Translations under genes and position numbers: made by a program | The notes under the pieces: generated by a model | Seen by the model: only the letters and a program-made list of their open reading frames with translations | The model's database searches: none | What the model was told of the DNA's origin: nothing | Origin: an uncultured Anaerolineales bacterium | GTDB lineage: Bacteria; Chloroflexota; Anaerolineae; B4-G1 | DNA: 27,682 nucleotides | NCBI GenBank assembly: GCA_964486415.1 | Contig: CAZANJ010000002.1 | Coordinates: 1-27,682, forward strand | Direction of reading: 5' to 3' | Part shown: one piece after another, positions 1-7,341 of the stretch | How the letters are laid out: every line of letters begins with the position of its first letter | Numbering within the stretch: position 1 is the stretch's first letter

Positions 1-5
1 GCTAT

Positions 6-29
6 GTAGGGCGGGTTTCCATACCCGCC
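6..29 (+). repeat. GTAG-family REP-like hairpin
   Basis: GTAG followed by a perfect 7-bp stem, GGCGGGT-ttccat-ACCCGCC; this matches the general GTAG-REP layout. Confidence 0.6.
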
Positions 30-61
30 GCCTTGGGGTTGATGAGTTCACACAATGCCAC

Positions 62-110
62 AGAAAGCCTCTGGTGGCCTCTGGAGGGCCTTGGAACCGC
101 TACGATTTCC
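62..110 (+). repeat. 49-bp dispersed repeat, copy 1
   Basis: 48/49 identical to the reverse complement of 27634..27682. Confidence 0.9.
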
Positions 111-125
111 GAGAGCCTTTCTCAC

Positions 126-153
126 TTGCCCTAAAGCCAAGTACAGGTACAAT
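126..153 (+). promoter_or_regulatory. putative sigma70 promoter of dnaG-rpoD
   Basis: TTGCCC-16 nt-TACAAT, the same architecture as the rpsB promoter. Confidence 0.5.
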
Positions 154-168
154 AGAATTATGCTCGCA

Positions 169-203
169 ATTCGCCATCCGCCATTCGCTATTCGCCATTC
201 GCC
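169..203 (+). repeat. 5x heptamer tandem repeat (ATTCGCC) abutting the dnaG start codon
   Basis: attcgcc atccgcc attcgct attcgcc attcgcc, then ATG at 204. Confidence 0.85.
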
Positions 204-2192
204 ATGAGTGTTATTGACGAAGTCAAAGCCAGAATCGATATCGTAGACGTCATCTCGGAGTCGGTTGACCTCCGGAAGTCAGGACGCAACTATAAGGCGC
301 TGTGCCCCTTCCACTCGGAGAAGACGCCCTCTTTCGTTGTCTTCCCCGATAGCCAGCGCTGGCACTGCTTCGGGGCTTGTAACGAAGGCGGGGACGTTTT
401 TTCCTTCGTGATGAAGCATGATGGCTGGGACTTCCGCATGGCTCTGGAGGAATTGGCCCAGCGGGCCGGCGTCGAGCTCCAGCCGCGCACCCCAGAGCAG
501 GCTCAGGCGGCCGAGGAGGCCGATCGCTTGCGGGATATTTTGGATACGGCCTCTCAGTATTATCATCATCTATTGCGCCATGCGCCGGAGGCCGATGGGG
601 CGCGTTCCTACGTCGATAAGCGTAACTTGAGCGACGAAACAGTCGAGGAGTTTCAACTTGGCTACAGCTTGTCGGGCTGGAACAGGGCGCGGGATTATTT
701 GACCGAGCGCGGATACGCGGTCGATGATCTGGTCAAGGCCGGGCTGTTGGTGGAACGTGAGGGCGGCGGTACGTATGATCGCTTCCGTGGAAGATTGATG
801 ATCCCCATCCGAGATCAGCGTGGGCGGGTGATCGGCTTCGGCGCGAGGACACTCGATCCGGACGGTGTGCCCAAGTATCTCAACTCGCCCCAGACGGCGC
901 TCTTCGATAAGAGCACGGTTCTCTTTGGGCTCGATCTGGCGCGTCGGGCCATTCGCCGCGAGGATCGCGTTGTCATCGTCGAGGGATATATGGACGTGAT
1001 GCAGGCGCACCAGGCCGGTTTCGAGAACATCGTGGCGCAGATGGGCACTGCGCTCACCGAGCCGCAGTTGAAACAGCTCCAGCGCTACTCCAAACGGATA
1101 GTGCTCTCGCTCGATCCAGACGCGGCCGGAGTGCGGGCGACGCTGCGCGGCGTCGAGGTGGCGAGTGATACGTTGGAGCAAGAATGGGAGCCGGTCTTCG
1201 ACCCACGCGGCCTGGTGGGATATGAGGGACGTCTGGGGGCCGAGCTACGGGTGCTGAGGCTTCCTCCCGGTCAGGACCCGGATGATCTGATACGCCAGGA
1301 TGCTCAGCGTTGGCTCACCTTGGTCGAGGAGGCTGTGCCGGTGGTCGATTTCTACCTTCATATTCTGATTGAGGGGATTGACCTGGAGGATACCAAGGCC
1401 AAGGCCCGTGTGGTCGATAAAATGCTGCCGGTTTTGAAGGCGGTGGCGAATCCGGTGGAGCGCGAGGATTACGTCCAGAAAATAGCGAGGGCTTTGCGGG
1501 TGGGCGAGCGTGCTGTGCTGTCGCGCCTTAGGAGTAAGAAGGCTCCCGTCGGGAGAGCGGGGCGCAGGGGGCGCGAAAGGCGACAAGATCGGGAGAATGG
1601 ACGGGATGGGGAGCCTAAAAGGGACGGTGTGCGCGATGTGATTATTGAACTTGGGGAGCATTGTCTTTCCTTGTTGCTACAACGTCCTAGCTTGCTCTCT
1701 CAAGTCAATAGGGCTCTCAGGGAAAGGGAACTGGAGCCTTTGCGGATCAAAGACTTTCAGGATGCGGGTCACAGGGCGATTTTAGAAGCGTGGAAAGAGC
1801 TTCTGGATTCCAGGCCATCGGTTTCGAGCGATATGCTGCGCGAGGTACTGCCCAGTGGTCTGGAGGAACAGTTGGATGCGTTGCTCAACCCGGGTGAAGT
1901 CGAGTTTTCGCTTAGCTCCAAGGGGGGAAGCGAGCTTCTGGGTAAAAATAATTCACCTGGCCTTGAGGGATGGGCGGAAGAGCAATTGGTGCGAGATGCT
2001 GTCTTGACCCTGCTGCGATTGCGCGAGCGTCATTTGAGGCAGTTGGGGCAAGAATTGAGTTTCTTAACCCGTGAGGCACAGGATGCCGGGGATATGCGAG
2101 CTGAAGAATATGCCATGGCATGGCTTTCCCATACCGCTACGCTTCGTCAGACGCAGCGGGCATTAGCGCAGTCATGGGGACAAGTGGGGTAG
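204..2192 (+). CDS. dnaG: DNA primase
   Basis: Zn-binding [40 protein letters not shown] motifs VEGYMDV, DPDAAG and DPDD; lies upstream of rpoD. Confidence 0.98.
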   Translation: MSVIDEVKARIDIVDVISESVDLRKSGRNYKALCPFHSEKTPSFVVFPDSQRWHCFGACNEGGDVFSFVMKHDGWDFRMALEELAQRAGVELQPRTPEQAQAAEEADRLRDILDTASQYYHHLLRHAPEADGARSYVDKRNLSDETVEEFQLGYSLSGWNRARDYLTERGYAVDDLVKAGLLVEREGGGTYDRFRGRLMIPIRDQRGRVIGFGARTLDPDGVPKYLNSPQTALFDKSTVLFGLDLARRAIRREDRVVIVEGYMDVMQAHQAGFENIVAQMGTALTEPQLKQLQRYSKRIVLSLDPDAAGVRATLRGVEVASDTLEQEWEPVFDPRGLVGYEGRLGAELRVLRLPPGQDPDDLIRQDAQRWLTLVEEAVPVVDFYLHILIEGIDLEDTKAKARVVDKMLPVLKAVANPVEREDYVQKIARALRVGERAVLSRLRSKKAPVGRAGRRGRERRQDRENGRDGEPKRDGVRDVIIELGEHCLSLLLQRPSLLSQVNRALRERELEPLRIKDFQDAGHRAILEAWKELLDSRPSVSSDMLREVLPSGLEEQLDALLNPGEVEFSLSSKGGSELLGKNNSPGLEGWAEEQLVRDAVLTLLRLRERHLRQLGQELSFLTREAQDAGDMRAEEYAMAWLSHTATLRQTQRALAQSWGQVG

Positions 2193-2224
2193 TCAACGGT
2201 CGATCTGATGTGTTGATAGAGATT

Positions 2225-3823
2225 ATGATGACTGAGAGAGAGAAAGGCTTGACTGTGTCAAATATATCAAGCGGCATTGAGAATCAGCAGTACGTCTCCG
2301 AGGATGCTGAGGGCGAGACATTCGATTCGGTGCTGGTGGAAATCGCCACTGAACAGGAAGAGCCTCTCGTTTGGGATGAGGAGGGCGAGCCCACATTTGG
2401 CGAATTGGAGAAAATCGAGAGTGAGCTGGATGAAGATAAGCACGATGCTCTCCTTGAGTCGACCGATGATCCGGTGAGGATGTACCTGCTCGAAATTGGG
2501 CGCGTGCCCTTGCTGGAGCATCACGAAGAGATATGGCTATCCATCCAACAAGAGACAGAGAAATATCTGGAGAGTGTAAGGGCGGTCCTGGGCGAACCGG
2601 GGGAGATAAAGGAGCGAAAGGTCGTACTCGCTATGGTGGATGTACTTCGTGGGGCATGGTCAGAGGTGCTCTATTGTTGCGATCAGCTTGAGCTACCTTT
2701 GCCAAAACCGACCGCGTTGATGGATGAGGCGCATGCTCTCCGTTATAGCCTTTTGCCCGACATTCACTCCTACCTCTACGAATTTATGGATCGGATTGGC
2801 TGGTCGAGTTCTGATAATGAGTTACAGAATTCGCTCGTCGATCATTGTTTTGATGTTTTTGCCATGTTTATTCTGTTGCCCGAGCCGGTGATGAAATACC
2901 TTCATGAGGAGTGGGGCGATGATGTGGCTTTTCCTGATTTGCCGGCACTCGAACAGATGATCCCTGACGAAGAGACCATCGCGGTGAGTTGGTCCAATGT
3001 GGAAACGCGGGTGCATGAAGCTCGCCAGCTTTTGGCTCAGGCAAACTTGCGGCTGGTGGTTAGTGTGGCCAAGAATTATACTGGTCGGGGCATATCTTTC
3101 CTGGATTTGATCCAAGAGGGGAATATTGGATTGCTGCGGGCGGTTCGGAAATTTGATCATACCAAGGGCTTTCGCTTCTCGACCTATGCCACCTGGTGGA
3201 TTCGCCAGGCGATCAGCAGGGCTATCGCCGATCAAGCGCGTACGATCCGCATTCCCGTGCATATGGTGGAAAAGATCAATCGTTTGATCAAGCTCAAGCG
3301 GCAGATGGTGCAGGAGTTGGGGCGGGAACCGACGACGGAGGAGTTGGCGCTGGAGTCGGATATATTGGATTCTGAGGTGAAAGCCGCGATCCGGATGGAG
3401 CAGGAAGATGATGATACCCTTTCGCCGGTATTGAAGCGCCAATTGCGGCGCGCCACTGCCGAAGTGCGGCGCATCCTGCGTGTTTCCAAGGAGCCTATGT
3501 CGCTAGAGATGCCCGTGGGCTCGGAGGATGACAGCGTTCTGGGAGAGTTTATCGAGGATGAGAACGTGCCCGGGCCGGTCGACGCGACCTCTTATCAGTT
3601 GCTAAAGGAACAGGTCCGCTCATCGCTCGACATACTCAGCGAACGAGAGCGGGCGGTTCTGGAGATGCGCTTTGGCTTGAAGGATGGAGAGACTCGTACC
3701 TTGGAGGAAGTGGGGCGAGTGTTCGGTGTGACACGTGAGCGGGCTCGACAGATCGAATCGAAGGCCTTGCGCAAGTTGCGCTACCCCGGCCGCAGTCACA
3801 AACTGCGCGATTTCCTCAGTTGA
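2225..3823 (+). CDS. rpoD: primary sigma70 factor; start uncertain (ATG 2225/2228 or GTG 2255); the ORF-track extension to 2120 overlaps dnaG
   Basis: Region 1.2 DDPVRMYL, region 2 [33 protein letters not shown], region 4 TLEEVG..FGVTRER.RQIE.KALRKLR. Confidence 0.95.
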   Translation: MMTEREKGLTVSNISSGIENQQYVSEDAEGETFDSVLVEIATEQEEPLVWDEEGEPTFGELEKIESELDEDKHDALLESTDDPVRMYLLEIGRVPLLEHHEEIWLSIQQETEKYLESVRAVLGEPGEIKERKVVLAMVDVLRGAWSEVLYCCDQLELPLPKPTALMDEAHALRYSLLPDIHSYLYEFMDRIGWSSSDNELQNSLVDHCFDVFAMFILLPEPVMKYLHEEWGDDVAFPDLPALEQMIPDEETIAVSWSNVETRVHEARQLLAQANLRLVVSVAKNYTGRGISFLDLIQEGNIGLLRAVRKFDHTKGFRFSTYATWWIRQAISRAIADQARTIRIPVHMVEKINRLIKLKRQMVQELGREPTTEELALESDILDSEVKAAIRMEQEDDDTLSPVLKRQLRRATAEVRRILRVSKEPMSLEMPVGSEDDSVLGEFIEDENVPGPVDATSYQLLKEQVRSSLDILSERERAVLEMRFGLKDGETRTLEEVGRVFGVTRERARQIESKALRKLRYPGRSHKLRDFLS

Positions 3824-3834
3824 GGGGGACTATT

Positions 3835-4686
3835 TCAGGGCATCGATGGCAGTGCTGTGAGCAAGGCGTCATCGAAGTAAACGGCGTGGTAGATCTGTGC
3901 GAACTGCGTTTCCGCGAAGATACAGACCGTTGCTTGGCCTGATTGTCCTATTGTGACCTCTGGAGAGAGGAGCATCACCACCCCATCTTCCTGGTTGATG
4001 ATCTGTTCTTGGCCCCATTGCGCTTCATCACATCCCGCGTTACCTTGAGGGTCTATCCCGGCCTTTACGATGTATCCCCCCTCCGTCTCCTTGACGAATC
4101 CCCTGGCGTTTACCTGGAACTGTAGGACGGTGTTGGGCTCCGCCTGCACTGTTTGGAATACCCAAGCTTGCAATTTCACCCAGGGCGTGGTGTCGATCTT
4201 GAGCGTCGATCCGTTGATCTGGCGTTGAGGATCGGTGGCGGCCTGGAAGCGAGGGGCGGCGTAGGAAGTTTCGGGGTCGAATCCTTCACCCGGCTTCCAA
4301 TTTACGAACCCACCCGTCTGCCAACCGGGAATACTGTTTCTACTGAGGCGGTCGAAGGTTGGATTTTCGAGGGCGATGGGGGCTGGCGTGGGAGGAAGTG
4401 TCACGGTCATACGTTCAACGGGCGTGGCCCAGGAGGTGGGTAGTTCGGTCGGTGTGCTGGTCGGGCTGGGCGTGAGTGTGGCGTATGGCGTGGAGCTTGG
4501 TGTAGGCGTCCAGGTGGGCGGCTCAGTGATGGTCGGTGTAAGTGTAATCGTCGGTGTCTCGGTGGGGGGTAGGCTAGGAGATGCCGGTTGTGTCAATGAA
4601 CTACGCACGGCGTTCACCATCGCGCCTAGGATAATAATATCGGCCAATGCCAGAATTGCTACAATTATCCATTTTCTCCGGGACAT
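3835..4686 (-). CDS. membrane-anchored protein with a Pro/Thr-rich linker and a C-terminal beta-rich (carbohydrate-binding-like) domain
   Basis: Basic N-terminus plus one hydrophobic helix, then PT repeats, then an LENPTFD..PGW-type domain; SD GAGGAG upstream. Function is inferred. Confidence 0.75.
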   Translation of the reverse strand: MSRRKWIIVAILALADIIILGAMVNAVRSSLTQPASPSLPPTETPTITLTPTITEPPTWTPTPSSTPYATLTPSPTSTPTELPTSWATPVERMTVTLPPTPAPIALENPTFDRLSRNSIPGWQTGGFVNWKPGEGFDPETSYAAPRFQAATDPQRQINGSTLKIDTTPWVKLQAWVFQTVQAEPNTVLQFQVNARGFVKETEGGYIVKAGIDPQGNAGCDEAQWGQEQIINQEDGVVMLLSPEVTIGQSGQATVCIFAETQFAQIYHAVYFDDALLTALPSMP

Positions 4687-4719
4687 AAGTGACTCCTCAT
4701 TGTACTACACTTCATCACA

Positions 4720-4748
4720 AGTTTACTTCATGTTCTCTATTCCGTCAA
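4720..4748 (-). promoter_or_regulatory. sigma70 promoter for the minus-strand membrane protein gene
   Basis: On the minus strand, TTGACG-17 nt-TAAACT. Confidence 0.6.
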
Positions 4749-4786
4749 CCGGACGCGAGAGGATCGGTTTTTATTCGGCAAATGAT

Positions 4787-4815
4787 TTGACATCATTGCT
4801 GAGATGTGGTAAACT
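4787..4815 (+). promoter_or_regulatory. sigma70 promoter of the nuo operon
   Basis: TTGACA-17 nt-TAAACT with a TGTG extended -10 element. Confidence 0.75.
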
Positions 4816-4882
4816 CTATCCCGTTGTAGCCTTCTCGTCGAAAGCCGATTGAATACCATAGTGATCACCTTGGAGGAGCACA

Positions 4883-5239
4883 TTGCTGAATCAGTTTACT
4901 TTCGTCGGTGTTTTTCTTGTTATTGCGCTTGCTTTTGGTGTTGCCCCGATTGCTATTGCCTTCTTCTTACGCCCCAAGAAACCCAATTCTCGTAAAGCGT
5001 CTACCTATGAGTGCGGTCTAGAACCCTACGGTGATGCTTGGGTTCAATTCAAAGCACAGTACTATATTTTCGGCCTGGCCTTTGTCATCTTTGATGTCGA
5101 GGCCGTTTTGTTGTTGCCATGGGCTGTGGCATATCACGCGTTGGGGCTTTATGCCGTGATCGAGGCTATGATTTTCATCCTCATTTTGCTTGGCGCTCTG
5201 GTTTATGTCTGGCGCAAGGGCGCGCTTGAGTGGATGTAA
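4883..5239 (+). CDS. nuoA: complex I subunit A (TTG start)
   Basis: YECG loop, FVIFDVE, WRKGALEW; SD GGAGG. Confidence 0.96.
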   Translation: MLNQFTFVGVFLVIALAFGVAPIAIAFFLRPKKPNSRKASTYECGLEPYGDAWVQFKAQYYIFGLAFVIFDVEAVLLLPWAVAYHALGLYAVIEAMIFILILLGALVYVWRKGALEWM

Positions 5240-5313
5240 TTTATCGCGTGGCGTGATGCAACTGAGGATAGGGCGATTAGATTAGCGATCGACGCTGGGA
5301 TGGAGCTTTTTCT

Positions 5314-6501
5314 ATGGAATTTATCAAGGACTTGATCCTCAATATCGGTGGCTGGTTGCAAGGGCTATTGATGGGCACAGGGTTGGCTCCCTCTTGGGTG
5401 CAGGTGATTATGCACCTCATCGGTGGAGTTGCGTTGGCCATTGTCCCATTGGTAGCAGTGATTTTCCTCATCTGGGCAGCCCGTAAGATTGTGGGGCGAA
5501 TGCAGGATCGGCTCGGCCCCAATAACTCCGGTCCTTACCCCGGACCTTACGCTATTTTCCAGACTTTTGCTGATGCCGTCAAGATGCTGACAAAGGAAGA
5601 TGTTGTCCCCACCGCGGCCGATCGGGGAGTTTTCAACATTGCTCCAGTGGTGATCTTGGCTTCCGCCGTGCTGGTTTGGGCTGTCATTCCCTTGGGCAAA
5701 GGGCTCATCGGCGCCGATCTAAACATCGGCGTTTTTTACATTCTCTCCATTGGCTCATTGAGCCTGATCGCGCTGATGATGGCGGGATTGGGGTCCAATA
5801 ACAAGTATGCTTTAGTGGGCGCATTGCGTGCGATAGCCAGTCTGATCAGTTATGAGGTACCGCAGGTCATCGCTGTTATGACGGTGGTCATGGTCTCCGG
5901 CTCCTTCTCTATGCAACAGATCGTCGAAGCGCAGCAAGTGCCTTTTATATTCGTGATGCCCCTGACCGCTTTTCTATTCTTCGTCGGTTCCCTGGCCGAG
6001 GTAGGCCGGCAGCCCTACGACCTGACGGAGGCGGATTCGGAGATTGTGGCCGGTTACTTCGTCGAGTACAGCGGGATGAAGTTTGGGCAGTTCTATCTAT
6101 CGGAGTTTATGAATAACTTTGCCCTTGCCGTCATCACCGCGACACTCTTCCTCGGCGGGTGGCGTGGGCCATTTGTGGAAAGTGTGCCTGTTCTGGGATC
6201 GCTTTGGCTTCTGCTCAAGGCATTGCTCGTCTTCTTCGTTCTCCTGTGGTTGTGGGGTACGATGCCCCGCTTGCGCATTGACCACATGTTGAGCTTCAAT
6301 TGGAAGTTTTTGGTTCCCTTGGCGCTGGCGAACTTGTGTGTAGTGGCCTTAGTAGGCAAAATAGTGCCAATGAGCGCTCCTCCTTTAGTGCGTGCGGGAG
6401 CGTTTTTGGGGTCCAATATCCTGTTGGTATTGATTGTGTTGGTAGTGCTGGCGATTGCCGGTCGCCGAGCTCGGCGGCAGCAGCTAGAGGTTAGTGGCTA
6501 G
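5314..6501 (+). CDS. nuoH: complex I subunit H
   Basis: QDRLGPN, ADAVKMLTKE, ISYEV, RQPYDLTEADSEIVAGYFVEYSG, PRLRIDH. Confidence 0.96.
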   Translation: MEFIKDLILNIGGWLQGLLMGTGLAPSWVQVIMHLIGGVALAIVPLVAVIFLIWAARKIVGRMQDRLGPNNSGPYPGPYAIFQTFADAVKMLTKEDVVPTAADRGVFNIAPVVILASAVLVWAVIPLGKGLIGADLNIGVFYILSIGSLSLIALMMAGLGSNNKYALVGALRAIASLISYEVPQVIAVMTVVMVSGSFSMQQIVEAQQVPFIFVMPLTAFLFFVGSLAEVGRQPYDLTEADSEIVAGYFVEYSGMKFGQFYLSEFMNNFALAVITATLFLGGWRGPFVESVPVLGSLWLLLKALLVFFVLLWLWGTMPRLRIDHMLSFNWKFLVPLALANLCVVALVGKIVPMSAPPLVRAGAFLGSNILLVLIVLVVLAIAGRRARRQQLEVSG

Positions 6502-6511
6502 GGATTAGACC

Positions 6512-7015
6512 ATGCAAATTACACTTCAACAAATCTTGTTCATTATCTTAGGCGCGATCACGTTGGGGGCAGCCTTGATGGTGGTGACGCGTCGTAATGT
6601 TTTCCACGCTGCACTCTTTCTCATCTTATCCTTCTTCGGTGTGGCAGGGCTTTATGTATTGCTAGAGGCCCCTTTTCTCGCCGCCGTACAGCTGTTCATT
6701 TACATCGGCGGTATCTCGATCCTGATTATCTTCGCCATTATGCTCACGCAGAACATGATGGATCCCAACTTGCCGGGAGCCAATCGCCAGTGGTGGGCTG
6801 CGGCCTTGGTGGCCGTGGCTATTTGCGGCATTCTGGGGTGGGTGGTGTTGAACCGTAATTGGGGGACGGCTAGCGCAGAGGTGCCTCAAAACACCATCAC
6901 GATTTTGGGTACGGCTCTGATGGACCCGGAGGGATTGTTGTTGCCTTTTGAGGTGGCCTCGGTCCTTCTCTTAGTCGCTCTCGTCGGTGCTGTGACTATT
7001 GCAAGGGAGCAATGA
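6512..7015 (+). CDS. nuoJ: complex I subunit J
   Basis: QLFIYIGGISILIIFAIML and LLPFEVASVLLLVAL. Confidence 0.95.
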   Translation: MQITLQQILFIILGAITLGAALMVVTRRNVFHAALFLILSFFGVAGLYVLLEAPFLAAVQLFIYIGGISILIIFAIMLTQNMMDPNLPGANRQWWAAALVAVAICGILGWVVLNRNWGTASAEVPQNTITILGTALMDPEGLLLPFEVASVLLLVALVGAVTIAREQ

Positions 7016-7018
7016 TTT

Positions 7019-7327
7019 ATGGTTCCTTTAGCTTGGTATCTTATTCTGGCAGCAGCTTTGTTCTGCATAGGATTGTATGGCGTTCTCTCGCGGCGTAATG
7101 CTGTGGCGATTTTGATGGGCGTCGAGCTGATGCTGAACGCTGTCAACATCAATCTGGTCGCCTTTTGGCGCCATCTGGAGCCGGGAGCGGCGACAGGGCA
7201 AGCCTTCGCACTTTTCGTCTACGTCGTCGCGGCTGCCGAGGCAGCCGTGGGCTTGGCGCTCATAATAGCCGTGTGGCGCACCCGTGACACTGTTGTCCTC
7301 GAAGACATCGATTTGCTCAAAGGTTAA
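7019..7327 (+). CDS. nuoK: complex I subunit K
   Basis: [10 protein letters not shown] and [11 protein letters not shown]; both conserved Glu residues are present. Confidence 0.96.
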   Translation: MVPLAWYLILAAALFCIGLYGVLSRRNAVAILMGVELMLNAVNINLVAFWRHLEPGAATGQAFALFVYVVAAAEAAVGLALIIAVWRTRDTVVLEDIDLLKG

Positions 7328-7341
7328 ACACCGAGGTGACT

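Noticed and set aside
2120-2224. N-terminal extension of rpoD overlapping dnaG
   Set aside because: It overlaps the dnaG 3' end by 73 bp, has no SD and no sigma-like sequence; it is an open-frame artefact.
4700-4722. Possible Rex operator (TTGTGA half-site) in the divergent promoter region
   Set aside because: Only one half-site is present; there is no TTGTGAA-N4-TTCACAA palindrome.
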